64,000 bases of DNA from Cycas panzhihuaensis (lineage: Eukaryota > Plantae > Cycadophyta), in contig CM041465.1 in assembly GCA_023213395.1 (NCBI GenBank), positions 127,913,741 to 127,977,740 of the forward strand. Direction: 5' to 3'. Position numbers and translations under genes: made by a program. The notes under the pieces were generated by a model that was not told where the DNA came from, did not search any database, and saw nothing but the letters and a program-made list of their open reading frames with translations. Shown one piece after another: positions 24,806-39,162 of this stretch. Each line of letters starts with the position of its first letter. Within the stretch, counting starts at the first letter, position 1.

Positions 24806-27800
24806 TGTTAAAACTAATAACAAAACCTTCATTATAATATTCATATACAATATACTTTGTACTTAATATAACATTAAGGCACCCCCTTTGTAAATTATGT
24901 TATATTTTTTAAATTTGTTGGGTCCGTCCACTTTGCCAATATTTTTTCCAATTATATTCTTTTATTTCAGGTTTGTATGCTTATAAATTAAACACAAACC
25001 CTATGCTTTGTACATTAAAAGTTTTCATATGTGAAAGCTCTACCAAAACTCAGAATAATCATTCAAGCAATTTGACAATTGCATTGTTCTACAACTAATT
25101 TGCATTATTATTGTGTTAGATCTCTATTTTTCTAATTTATATTTAAATGTACATTATTATATGATCTTATTAATGAATTTGACATAGTATCAAAGCCTAT
25201 AATGTGTATTTTATTCAATATTTTATGAGATTGATTGAGAAACAATAACTCATTTGTCAATAATGGCACCCTATTCACCTCTGTTTCGTCATTTTTCATC
25301 TAGTTTCAATGTTTTCCTACAAATCTAATACTACTATAGGTTGTTTTCCTCATGTATCTACTCTCATTTGTAGTCTAGTAGGCTATTTGTAGTCCTCTCT
25401 CATCTCTATTATAGTTTCATATAGAAATGACATGCTATCTACGTCATTTTCCTGTTGTTTAGCCCTATTTTACCTATTTCTAAGGACTGTGCAAACTAGA
25501 TCTTCCTCTACATAACTTAATTTATTCCTGGATCCCTATTAGGCCTATGTACCATCTATTAAAGTCAAAGTGTAGTAGCTCAGGAGTTATTTTGCTAAGA
25601 TTTGATTGAATCAGAAGCCAGTTATAGCTATGACTCCTCCACAACCTTTGTCATCTATCTGTTAGCCTTTTGATTGTTGTATAACTCTATACAAACTTGA
25701 ATCACTTATAAATCTCTTTAGTGACCATTACTAATCCCTGCGGAAGCTATTTTGATTTCTTTTTTAATAACTCATAGAGAAGATTTAATTAGATGTTTGC
25801 ACCCTATATTACCAAAAAGTTGTATGACTTCCATTTATTTTGTTTCAAGTTAAAAACTTTTTATTATTTATAATGTTTTAATGACATTTAATCTCATTTG
25901 ATTCTCCTTCCAAATCTATAGGATGTTCTAAGTACTAGAGGATGGTCACATGCAAAGCTTGCATGACCAGGAGCTTATTTCATAAGGGGCAAACTTTAAA
26001 TATTTAAAAGTTACTTTTATTTATTTTTTTAATTTAAAAATTTTATCTCATATTTGCTAAATATTTCAAGTCCACTAGACCCTCTACAACCCAATAAGTG
26101 GTCACACATAAGCCTTTTATGACCAAGGGCTTATCAGTAAAGGGAGTTTAAGCCACCTTAATTTAATTTTCTATTAACAAGGAGTACCTAGTAGTGTTTT
26201 GGTTATAACTTTTTAATAGGAAGTTGGATTTAAGTATTGTCTAAACCGTTAAAATCTTAATTCAAAGGCTTATAAATTGGAGCTAGTTTTGAGTAATTTT
26301 TTATGGGTTTCTTTATATCTAAAGTTGACGCTTTTATTTAGGCTCTAATAAGACTTATTTTCATAAATTGAGGTCCTTATTTTTATTTTTCATAAGATCT
26401 AGCTACTGAATATTTTTTATATATCTATTATATGTTGTCTTATCTTATTTTTTTTATAACAAGTGCTAGTTCTTTATGGTTGTAGGCATCCTTCTTATGT
26501 GAAAGAGATTGATCTTCACCTCGAATAAAGTCCATTAAAAGATAACCCTAACCCTCTCATTTCTTTTAACTTATTTTCTTTTTTTTTTAGTCTTCTTACT
26601 TTGATTTTATAAAAGGAACCCTCTTTATAAATAAGATCACATTTTAAAAATCAATTTCAACTTAAAATATTAAGAAAGATAACTTATAATCTATAAGAAA
26701 ACTTTACCAACCTTATAAGGGAAATAATTAGGATCTCTAAAGTTACCACTCTACATATGCCATTGGTTCTTTTCAAATTTTATGGATATTAGAGAATACC
26801 ATTAGCTATAAGGTGTATTATGTAGTAGGTTGAGGTGTAAACTCTACCTTGGAGTTTAAAGACCAAGCTGGTCCTAGAGGGGGTGAGTGCCTTAGTTAGT
26901 AGTTCTTAAGTAGATCAGTCAATAAGCATAAGTTTGATACAAGTGGACTAATAAGTCAGGTGGTCTTTAACCTTATTTGTATCCCACATACTAAGGTATA
27001 TAGAGTTTATAACTCACATACCAATATATAGGGTCCTTGGTTTTCCACTTATAGATAAGTGTCACTAGATAGGATAATAACTGAGGGATTCCTAGAGACC
27101 TCTAAATTTAACATTATAGTTTAGTAGCCCTATTAGGTAGACATGATACAAAAGGATACCACTCTAAAGAACATACCAAAATGGTAACCCAAATGCTTTT
27201 ATCTAATACCATCAAACTTAGTAATATAACTAGCTTTTTAGCTTAGAAGAAATAAGTTAAAAATCTTCTTATTATAAATAATTATTGGGTTTATATCAAT
27301 GGTGAAATACCTCTACCCAAATCTACTAAGGATCCAAATAATCCCACTATTGAAAACTCTACCTAATTTAGTTCCCTTAACTAAATTCAAAACTAAGGAT
27401 AATATAGCCTTTTTATTCCTCCAATTGGTTGTAAAAGACCAAATAGCTCAAAATATTGAAATAACCTAAATCTCCCATGAAGCTTGGAACACCATTTGTA
27501 CCATTTATAAGAGGAAAGATAACTCAAGGTCCTTAACCTTAAAAGCACTCCTATTTGCTATACCTTTTGTTAGAACTATCACAACCTACCTAATTAAAAT
27601 TAAAATAATAAGAAATTAATGTATCATCCTTAGTGAACCTCCCTCTAATCATGACCTTATCTTTAACATTCTCAACATCCTTCTTATAAAATATAATGGC
27701 TTTATATATAGATTCTATGATACCTTTGCCAAAATGGACTTTAATACTTTTGAAGGACTCTTGCTTAGAGAGGAGAACATTCTCAATCACCAAGGAGTAG

Positions 27801-30800
27801 CATCTACCTCTAACTCTTCTCCTACATTTATAGCCAAGAATTTAAGAGGGAATAAGCCACCTCAATAACTAAATTAATAGTCAAGTCATTTATAAATATT
27901 TACTCATCAGTTTGGCTTATTAAACATCTCACAATAACTAAGTTAATAGCCAACATATTAATAATCATAGTATCAACAGGTTAGAACTTCCTTTCAATAG
28001 TCTCAATAGCCATAACAACTATAACAATCTTAACTACCAAGGAATCAGTAATGTAGATAAAATATTACCTGCATGTATTGTAAAAAAAATGAGCACCTTA
28101 TTATTGACTATAAGATAAGACAAATAGATTTTAAGATGCTTCAAAACCAAAGGGGACAATCATGTGGGCCTAACTTTCAATAAGAGGACCCCAACTTTCA
28201 ATAATATGGCCTTTACTTTCAACAAGGAGGCCTTAGTTTTCTACAAGGAGGACTAACTTTTCAACAACTAGGGTAATAGTTCCAATAGAATTAGAATAAA
28301 AGGAAGAACTAGAACTAATGCCAACCAAATAGGAAAAGGTTCTAACTAAGAAACTCAAGGAATAACCAAAATATACAAGGAGGCAATGTGGCTAATTCTC
28401 AACCCTCCTCCCAAAATTTGTTCTTTGTAACTTTGTCATCTCAATATCATGACAATTCTTAGTTACTAAATTCTGATGCTACACATCATATGACTAGCAT
28501 TGAAGACTTACTGAAGAAGACTTATCTAATTAGAGCTCAAACCATCACATTTAGAGATAACCTCACCTATAATATGACTAAAATTGGAAGGGCTCCTATT
28601 GCATTAAAGGACTCTAAAATTTGGTAGCACATAAACAATAATTTTCTAGTTCTAGGCATGAAGATAAGCTTACTCTCTATTAGCCAAATTGATAAGAAAA
28701 ACTTGGATGTCAATTTTACTCAAGGCATCTACACAATCATAGAGCGTGCTACTAGATGACTTACTATAATAAGATATGAGGATAGTAACCTATACAAACT
28801 TGTTGGGGTTTTCCTTCCTACTATTCCACCATAAGAATCCTATTCCATGGTACTTAATAATCACCTTGATAAGGGAAATGTGATTATGGTTAAAGACCCA
28901 CCTCTTAACCAAGATCAAGGTGAATGTTCATACTCTGAAGAAAAAAACACCTCCAATAATACTAAGGACCAACTATGGCATTTATGCCTTGGTCACCTGA
29001 ATATGCAGAGCCTAAATCTCATATCTAGGCTACATATGGTATATGGATTTCTAATGATCAGGAGAAACAAATACATTTATATGGCCTACTTAGTGGGCAA
29101 GTAGCATAGAGAATGATTCCCATCAAAGAAAGCATGGAGAGCCTCAGAACCATTAAGATTGGTCCACTTAGATATTTTTGGGCCCATATTAATTCCTTCT
29201 ATTAATAGAAGTCTATTTTTTATGACATTTATCGATGACTATTCTAGGAAAGTTTGGGTCTACTTCCTTAGGAATAAGTTCCAAGTATTTAACAAGTTTA
29301 AATAATTCAAGGCTGAGGTAGAAAATAAAAGTGGTATAAATATTAGTGTGCTAAGATCTAATAATGGAGGAGAGTACATATCTAATCAATTCACCAACTT
29401 TTACAAACAATATAATATTAAATACTAATTTTTAGTTCCTGATATACCTCAATAAAATAGTATAGTAGAAAGGATGAATTAAACATTGGTAAATAAAGTA
29501 AAAGTCATGTTAAATATTGTTAACCTTGCTACTAGGTTTTGGGATAAATCCATATTAAGTGCTACTTATCTGACTAATAAAAGTACCATAGTAGTAGTTA
29601 GAAACATCATTCTCGATGAGGCTTAGTTGAGCACTGAACTAATAGTTTCTCATCTAAGGACATTTAGATGCGCTACCTATAAATTCATCCCTAAGGAGAA
29701 TAGAAAGAAATTAGATGATAAAATCCTCAAGTGCATTTTCCCTGGCTATATACTTGCTACATAACATATAAAGTATATGAAATTATTGGAAACCAAGCCT
29801 ACACTACTCATGATGTAATATTTACTAAAGATTCTTAGGAATTAGATCCTTTACAAATTTAGTTTATAATAAAAAATGATATTGGTGCACTTGAAGTGCC
29901 TCTTGTACTAATTCTTGAGTCACCAACACTCACATCCTCTTATACACTAGGTTCATCTTTAGTTATAATAGCCTCAATATCTACCTTAGATGCTAATACA
30001 TCAATGCCACCTATATCAGTTGATAATCTTTAGGTGGAGACCATTAGTTTTAAACAACCTCCTAAGTGGCTACAATAATTAATAAAGGATACTTCTCCTC
30101 CTCCCATAGCTACCAAAAGAGAGTTTATAGTGAGGCACTCCACCAACTTTTCCTTAATGGCACATGTCCTTGAGACCTTTGAGCCTTCCATATTTGAGGA
30201 GGTAGTCAAAGACCAAACATGGAAAGAAGCAATGGATAAATAAATGAACTCTATCCTTAAGAATGACACATGGGAGCTAACATAACTACCATCTAAAAAG
30301 AAGCCAATTAATTATCGACAGCTTTACAAGATTAAATTCCATGCTAATGGCACCATCGAGTGTTATAAAGCTCATTTAATTATAAGAGGTTTCAAATAGC
30401 AAGAGGGGATTAACTATGATAAGACCTTTTCACTGGTTTCTAACATAGCCATATTGTATTTGATTATGTCTCTTATAGTTTAATTCAACTAGCCTATGTA
30501 CCAAATAGATATGAAGAGTACTTTCCTAAATAGAGAGCTCACAGAAGTGGTTTTCTTGAAGTAACCTCTTGGCTTTATTGTTATTAGCAAAGAATACCTA
30601 TTTACAAACTTAAGAAAGCCTTATATGGACTAAAGTAGACACCATGTGCCTAGTATGTAAAGATCGATATCTTTCTCATAAAGCATGGATCCATTCATTT
30701 ATCCTTTGATTCAGGCCTATACATTTGAATTAGAGGTAACCTTATTACAATTATTATTCTCTATGTGGATGACTTAGTAATCACTAGTAATGATAATAAA

Positions 30801-32099
30801 GTTATAGTTTAGTTACAATCAGAACTCAAAAGTAGTTTTAAGATGACAGATCTTGGGTTACTTCACTACTTCCTTAGTATTGAGGTGTGGTAGGAACCTG
30901 GTCATATATTTTTGTCACAATCTAAGTATTCTAATAAACTCTTGTAGTAGTTTAGAATGACTAAATATAATCATGTACAAACTCCAATGGAAATAATAAC
31001 AAATATTAACCTAGACAAATAAAGAAAGCCCTTTGATCCCACATTGTACTAGTAGTTGGTTGGGAGCCTCATCTATCTCACTTACACTTGCCTAGACATC
31101 TCTTATGTAGTTGGGATCTATTCCAAGTATATGTCATAGCCCAAAGAATCCCATTGGAAGGCTAACACTAGAATTCTTAAGTACATTTGTGGTATACATT
31201 AGTTTGGACTTAACTACAACCAAATTGAATCTCCTATCCTAAAAGGATACATAGATGTTGTTTGGGTAGGTTACCAAGATACATGCCATTTAACATTATG
31301 ATACTATTTTGACATGGACTTAGCTATAATTTCTTAGAGTTGTATAAACATCCTAATATTGCTCTCTTCTCCATCGAAGCTAAATAGAAAGAAGTTGCCC
31401 ATGCCACCACATAGTTGATTTAGCTTAGGATTCTTATCGAGCTTGAACTTCAATAGACTTTAACTACCATTCTCTGTTATGATAATCAAAGTGTGTTAAA
31501 GATGATAAATAATCTTATTTTCCATGCTAAAACCAAGTACATAGAGGTCCATTATCACTTCATCTATGAGCATGTTCAAAATAGAGATGCTAACCTTGTA
31601 TACTGACCAACTAAGGACTAGGCTGCATATATCTTCACCAAAGTACTTAGCAAACTAAAGTTTGAAAGGTTTCAACACGACCTCAGTATCAAATCCAACA
31701 AAGTTGTTATTAAGGGAGGATGTTAAAACTAATAATGACATATTTATTGTAATGTTCATGTATTATACACTTTGTACTCAATGTAACATTAGGACACCCC
31801 CTTTGTAAATTATGTTATATTTGTTAAATTAGTTAGGTCCACCCACTTTGCTAATACATTGACCAATTATATTCTTGTATTTTGGGTTCGTATGCTTATA
31901 AATTGGGTACAAACCTTATTCTTTGTATATTAGAAATTTTCATATACAAAAGCTTTGGTAAAATTTAGAATGATCATTCAACCAATTTCATAATTACACT
32001 ATTCTACAACTAATTTATATTATTGTAGTGTTAGATCTTTATTTTTCTACTTTATATTTAAATGCTTATTGTTATATAATCTTTCTAATGAATTTAACA
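24806..32099 (+). mobile_element. Ty1/copia LTR retrotransposon (copia-4), complete, long 5' leader
   Basis: 379-bp LTRs 24806-25184 and 31721-32099. Perfect TSD aataa (24801-24805 / 32100-32104). PBS tagtatcaaagc at 25185-25196. PPT aagggagga at 31712-31720. Confidence 0.95.
27181..31712 (+). pseudogene. copia-4 gag-pol pseudogene
   Basis: ATG at 27181; LWHLCLGHLN; LVHLDIFGP..FIDDYSRKVW; LYVDDL; FHAKTKYIEVHYHF; AYIFTK. Confidence 0.9.
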
Positions 32100-33949
32100 A
32101 ATAAAGCATACAAAATATATGAGTTATTAACTTAAAAAGTTTACATAACTTGTGATGTAATTTTTAAAAAAGATGAGAATCATAATGTTGGTTCAATTAA
32201 TGTTGATGATTAGGTTAAGGATCCACCTAAATGCGTTTATTCATGTGATCTTGTTTAACATAAATATAATTTATTTGATACTGGTGAAGTAATAGATTTA
32301 GAATCTTTTTAGTTTTCAAAAAGCTAAATTTGAGTAGAAGCTAAACATAGAGTTAAAGTCAAATCCTAAGCCAAGCTAGAGAAATTATTTAATACTTCAC
32401 CTTCATCTTTAAAGAAAAATCTTCTAAAATGGTATTTAAAAACTATGGAGGATTATAAGAAATTATTATATAATTTTAAAGTAAAGTGCAAATAAAAAAT
32501 ATAACCTTTTAAATGGATGAGTATGGGTGTGTTAGATGCAAATAAACTAGCTATAGTTAAAGAAGCACTTAAAGAGTAGAAGTGGAACAACACTATAGAG
32601 ACTAAAATCTAAGCTATCAAGAAGAACCATATATGGGATTTGGTCAAATTACTTATTGATAAGCATATAATCAATTATAAATGGATTTACAAGACTAATT
32701 TTAAATTTGATAGATCTATAGATAAATAGAAAGATTCACTTATAATAAAAGACTTCAAGTAATAAAAAAGGATTGATTACCAAAAAATATATTCTCCTAT
32801 TGTAAAGATGAATATCATTCATCTCATTATGGTGATAGTTACATAACTTTATTAGAAGCTACACTAGATAGATGTGAAAAGTACATTTTAAAATAAGGAT
32901 TTAAACAAAGAAATCTACATGGAGCAACCACTTGGCTTTGTTGAAAAAGGTCATGAGGACTTCGTATACCATCTCAAAAAGGCCTTGTATAACCTTAAAT
33001 AGGGTCTTAGTGTCTAGCATAAAAAAGATTGATCAATGTTTTTGAAGAATTCATTTGAGAGATATCCAACTAACTCAAACCTATATATTAAAGAAGAAAA
33101 TAATAAAATCATATTTGTGGTGTTGTATATTGATGATCTACCAATCATAGGTAATAATATTAATATGATATGAAACTTGAAGGAAGATCTTATTTAGTTC
33201 TTTGAGATGATGGATCTCAAAATTCTACACTACTTCCTAAGAGTGGAAGTATAGAAAAGGCCTAAGAATATCTTTATCTCACTAGAGTACACTTAAAAAT
33301 TTTTTAAGAAATTTAAAATGCATGATTGTAAACCTATACCTATCCCCATGGTAACAGGTTTTAGATTAATAATAAAAGATGGTGGAGTAGTTGTTGATTC
33401 AGCATTATACAAGTAACTAGTAGGAAGTCTAATATACTTAGTTATTACTAGACCTATTATATCTTTTACAATTAGAATAATGTCCATGCTTATAGGAGTG
33501 TTAAAATAGAGTCACTAGAAAGATACAAAGAGGATCTTCAAATACTTGAAAGGGATAATTTAATATGGGTATAAGTTCTATCATAATAATAATTTCATGT
33601 TGTTAGGATTCAAAAATTTTGATTAGGCCAGATGTGTAGATAGGAAAAGGTTGAAATTTAGATACTATTCTAGTTTGGGTTTAGCTACCATCATATGGAG
33701 TAGTAAAATATAACCAAATATTATTTTATCCTTAATTAAAGTAGAGTATAAGGTTATAATTATAGTAACTACTAAATCCATTCGTTATGTCAAATTATGA
33801 AGGACTTGTGACTATTGTAATTAGAACCAACTATCTTATATTGTGGCGATTAGAATACTTTAAAGATTATAAAAAATCATGTGTTCCATGGTTACACTAA
33901 GTATATTAAGTTACATCATGCCATTCGTCCATGTCTTATTTGTTTGCCA

Positions 33950-35270
33950 TTGGACATTATATTTTTCCTACTTTTACTTATTACCTATCCAATAATCAAT
34001 TAATAATATATAATCACATCTCTCATACTATTCCAACTCTCACCTTTGTATTTATATGTTACCCATTGTAGAAAATGTCATCTAGATCACACAACATCAT
34101 ATTCTTCCATATCATATTTTGTACTAATTAATTATAGACAATTAATACACATCAAGGAATAAAGTAAGGTAGTAAGCTCTTTATCTGGTGTAATCGAGAT
34201 CTCTTTCTTCTTCTTTTTCTAGTATAAATAAGATTACTAATTGATTTTCTTATAATTCTATGCATCCAAAATATCCTAAGTGGAGGTTGATACTTCAGTT
34301 AATCTTTTCCCTCTATATACAAGTGAGTGTCTTTCCTTGTTAATATAACTTATAAAGGTGACCACCAAAGAGAGGCCATGTTATAACTAGCCATGTTTTA
34401 AACCTCATGCCACACATGAGGAGGGAGTATAAACTACAATTAGGAGTAACATTATGAAGCATTAATGATTCATCTTATAAATAGAACCTAGTACACAATA
34501 GATGCTATATCAAACACCATTAGACCTTTCTTACTTTTCCATTATGTAGATGTCCCATGTAGCTATACAAAGGCTAACTTAGGCCTAAAAGAAATTAAAT
34601 GATCTTACCCTAATTGAACTTATATGGGTACCAACTCTTGTAGTGATAAATATGCATTAATCTCTAAACTAGGGCCAACACTTAGAACTCACTACTTAGA
34701 AATAAGTCCATTGTCATAAATAATTGTGCTTGATTTAGATTCTATAAGGAATCCATGAGTAAGGAATGTTTAAATTTTTATAATCTTACCTTGTGCAAAT
34801 TATTTCCATGATTGGTTGAATGGTAATCTAATGAGATTTTAATTACTTATTTGCTAAGTTGAAGATAAGAGCATCTATAAAGTAAGTGTCCAATAATTAT
34901 CTTCCTCATGAAAGAGACATACCTTGAAATTTACTTTTTATTTTGAATAACTCTAGAGGAGACCCATGTCCATCAATTTCTAAGACATAAAGGTAATGTG
35001 CAAGGCTACACTTCTGTTAGGGATCTCTCTAATCTTATTGGATCAATGAGGGCTACAATAACTATGACATGTGTTAAATAATTTCGAAAGGGTGACATGA
35101 TATATCTATAACATGTGGGATTAAAGTTACTCTATTATAACTTAATTTATACCCTACCATGTCATGATTAGATTATCAAGAATTTTATGCCCTTTAATAT
35201 CCCTCAACATGTTTCCTATAGTTAAACATTCTCTATTATAACTGATGTAATCCTTCTAGCTAAATATTTG
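33950..35270 (-). pseudogene. Highly decayed plant-mobile-domain (PMD)-like ORF (also ~54100-55370 in copy B)
   Basis: Frameshifted fragments NLIMxW..TLIPHVxDIS, SYNMASL/GHLYKL and QPPLRIFWMHRI occur in the order of the PMD motifs (LVERW..TITLEDV, YSWGSAVLAxLYR, LLQxW). Confidence 0.4.
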
Positions 35271-36384
35271 GATAATTTTTATATGATAAATTGATCAAAG
35301 TGATAGACCGCCATATTAATGCGAAGTCTTTATCTGACCCTTTTGGGATGAATATGATGATATCCTTTTAGGATGAATATAAATTAAACATAATGTTGAG
35401 CACTCACATGATGTTGTAAAACTTATGTCCATCTTTAAATTTGCTAATCCCAAGATGTATTGATTATGAGAATTTTGTTGAATATTAGGGGAATGAATCT
35501 AATCATAAGCTTTAATATGCATCCAGCCATACATAATCTTGCTCAACACAATCATTAAGGTTCACTTTCATCTCTTTGTCCTAGACATCTTTAGTATTTC
35601 TTAAACTATATTACTTCATCAATGTAGTATCATATTCAAACACATAAATAAATCAACTTGGTAGCATATGACTCTAATGATTTTTGTTTCTTAAAATGTC
35701 ATTGTTATCATGATGTCAATCTATATTGTTGATGCTCATCAACATTAAATATTACTACTAAACATTTGATTGCTTTATAATGTTATTCATTAACTTATAC
35801 TTTGCTTTGTCAACATGGTTGATTTCATATGCTTGGCATCGATAGCATCAACTTTGATAACATCAACTTCATCAATTTAATAGCACATAAATTTTCCAAC
35901 TTTGTCATCATTAATTTTAACTCAACATTGTCAAAATTTTCAACTCCAAACATCTTCATCTACTTGATTAACATTAATATATAATTTACTAGCATTGATA
36001 TTGGCTCAACCTTTCAATGTTCACTTAATATTGATTGTATTATCTTTTTTTTTTTTTATCAATAGCCTTGAAGCTCTACCACTATTATTTAAATGGCATC
36101 CTCATTGATACTTTTGTTGACTTTTTGATGTGGATTTTTTGTAGTATACTACAATATTATGCTCCAAAAATCCATGACATTATCCATCTTAAGGTCAACA
36201 CAAACACTAGTATTTCTAATAAGGACATCTTTAATTTAATTTAATCCTTATTTAATGATTGATTAGAAACTATGTTAAACACTCACAACAATGTATTATA
36301 TCTTATATTTGAATGATAGATATGGCTTACAATGCCCCTCTTTTATGCAAAGGCATCAACATACATGTTGCTTACTGTATGAAC

Positions 36385-36388
<4 letters not shown>

Positions 36389-36435
<47 letters not shown>
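36389..36435. repeat. (AT)n microsatellite
   Basis: ~23 perfect units. Confidence 0.98.
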
Positions 36436-36440
<5 letters not shown>

Positions 36441-36765
36441 GTTAAGGCATTGAAATCTTTAAGTTTGATTCTCAAGAAATTGTTTGACCACTATGCATCA
36501 TCTTGAACATTCCTTCAATAGTGTTCATGCATATAGACTATTGTTGAAAAAGATCAGTCATGGCAAGTAAAATCTTGATCTAAATTGACATAATCTCTTG
36601 TAATTTTTCTTATATTCTATTTTTGCAATCACATATTCATTATACTTAAACCAACATTACTTATTTATCCTTGACAAATGATAGAGGTATGCTTGTGGTC
36701 CTACTACTATCAACTATTTAACCACAAGGCATTAGAATTAGTGGAGACCCTTCCACTTCTTATAT

Positions 36766-36781
36766 CAACAATGGTGTTAAA
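36766..36781 (-). promoter_or_regulatory. Degenerate Tat/Ogre/Athila-type PBS next to an LTR end (TG at 36782); copy at 56341-56356
   Basis: Minus strand taacaccattgttg / tagcaccattgttg differ from TGGCGCCGTTGCCG only by G>A or C>T changes, and are followed on the plus strand by aa-TGTT. Confidence 0.6.
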
Positions 36782-39065
36782 TGTTGGCAACTTTAAGAAA
36801 GTAATGCTTCAATAAACCTCCAACACATCATTGTAGGAAAGGAATAACATTCACAAGGAGGAGAGAAATACACAAAAATACATGAAGATGTGTAGTAATG
36901 TTATCATATTATTAGAAAAGGGGATTACATGGTTAATTAAGTAGTGGAGGGTTCCAATGTCGAGTCATTGCATCAACCTATAATGGCAATCCCTCATGGT
37001 ACACGTCTACATCCTAATGCCTCTCTCATGTAACATATTTATACATCACATTGGGTAGTTTATCAACCCAAATAATTCTTATATTAATTCTTGCTTTTAC
37101 ATTAATTAACCCCTTTATCAATACACATATCAATGACCACAATTTTGATGTATTGTTAATGACCTTTTATTCGCCTAACACAAACTCTAAGTATTCTTCT
37201 TATAAAAAGATATATTTCAAGTAGCAAGGTGTTAATTTTAAAGGGAAGAAAAGAAAAAAATAGGAGATTTAATACCCAATTTTAATACAAATAAGACATA
37301 TAGATGATATGAGTGGGTGATTCCCTTAATGACTAATATCATCCTTCTATCTATTAATATAATATATACATATATTAAGAAGGTATAAATCCTATATGAT
37401 CTTATTAATCTCTTGACTTAGTTTTTTGTGTTATTTAACTCTATTAATTAGTATTTGAAATGTAACTTAGCCCACTTATCATATAATAATATAGGGAATA
37501 TTTTTAAGTTAGGACAAGTTATTACTTATTATCATTTTCACTACAAATCTCTAAATTTATCCTCTAATTTGATCTAGATTGAAACCAAAAGAAGATACAA
37601 GAAATGAGGATTACAAGAAGATACCAATGATTAAAATTCAAGGACCAATGATTAGGAGGCTAATGATGAGTAATTAGAGTTCAAGCAACCATCGATGGGC
37701 AAAATGGTAACTAATAAATCACAATTAAAAAGTCAATAACAAGCGATCAATGACCAAATAAACTAATTTAAGAGGCATATATTATGACTAATATTATAAG
37801 AAATTGTATATTAAGAAATTATTACTTAAATCAATTACTATAACATCATATAAAAGGTAAGATATCAAGAGAGGGCTATTATCTAAAGTAGAAAGAAAAA
37901 GAGACTCTCAAGGAAGAAAATAGACTAGAGAAGAAAGATCCTAAGCACTTGAGAGTTGAGAAGGACCTTGGCTATAGATTTATCCACTTCAACTTTATGT
38001 TGTAAGACAGAAAGATGCTTAGTAATTGACACATATAACTAACATAATTCCATGTATTAATATAAGTATTTACTTTAATTATCAAACTAATTGCTCATGT
38101 AAACTCCACATTAAGTATATTTATATTAAATTGAACCACCACTGCTCAATTCTTATTCTTTCATAATGTCAATGGAATTATTAATACTTTACACCCTTAG
38201 CCTAAGAGATGTATTACTCAATCTTAGTTTATCATCAAGGATTTGAATAACTTATTGTGTTTAATAAATTCTTGATATTGAAATTCTAAAAGGGAACCAT
38301 ACACGACATTGCTAGTGACTAGGCTTTAAACCACCTCTTACTTATATCATAATTTTAGTATTAAGTAGATTCAAATGTTAGATAAAATTTTAAAGGTATA
38401 TTTAGGTGGTCTAAACTTGAGAAAGATATATTAAAGATGAACATATACTATTAAACCTACCTTTTCCAAATGGAAGACTCAAAATGATTCCAAGGGAAAC
38501 AAAGGGGACATAAAGTTATGAATTATGCTAGAAAATCTATCTATATTTGCTCAACAAAATATATAAGAAATAAAGTCTAACTCCTATGTTCAAATTACCT
38601 TGCACAATTATGTGCCCTTTCAACTCCATCACTAGTACTCTAAAAGTAATATAAGTAGTCATGTAGGACATTATCTTTCTCATATAATTTTAACTCTCTT
38701 CTCTATGTTAGTGATTCTACTAGAACTACTACAAATACTTGAACAAGATTTAGCACAAAACATATCTACAAAGAGGACTTGTCTTACAAGTTGGTATCTA
38801 TGAGTTTGTATTAACTTAATGAGCATAAGAATTAGACTATGAGATTCTCATAAGTTGAAATCTCTTAGAAGAAATATGTTCTTACTTTATTAATAAAAAT
38901 GAATATATTTTTACATGGATTTTAATAACTTTCACAACCACTTAATAGTTAACTTACTTAGCAATATTAGGTAATAAACTTAATTACTCTTCTTGGTAGT
39001 TAAGTCACTATTCACATGTGTGATTGTTTAGACTTTCCATAACTATGACTACCCTTTAGAAAATC

Positions 39066-39162
39066 TAAAGGGAAAGATCCCTTTATAAAGTTTGAAGGGA
39101 ACCTCCCTTTAAAAAACATGAAGGAAAGTTCCCTTTAAATAGGATGAAAGTAACTCCCTTCA
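39066..39162. repeat. Array of short palindromes TAAAGGGAAnTTCCCTTTA (3-4 units)
   Basis: Directly visible; ~26-bp period. Confidence 0.85.

Larger units (their letters stand above)
16190..33920 (+). mobile_element. Old Ty1/copia (copia-3), LTRs not found, hosting copia-2 and copia-4, 3'-truncated within RNase H
   Basis: Decayed gag ~22730-23510; protease KWVL ~23645; integrase LVHLDICKP ~24242; frame resumes after 32104 (KAYKIY); RT DVKSTF, LYIDDL; RNase H FHGYTKYIKLHH ends abruptly ~33920. The left boundary is approximate. Confidence 0.8.

Noticed and set aside
36291-36506. ORF with a YIYIYI repeat
   Set aside because: Artefact of translating the (AT)n microsatellite.
36832-37180. Separate solo LTR inside block A (tgtagg..taaca)
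   Set aside because: LTR-like composition but no TSD, and the right end is not conserved in copy B; may simply be part of the larger LTR.
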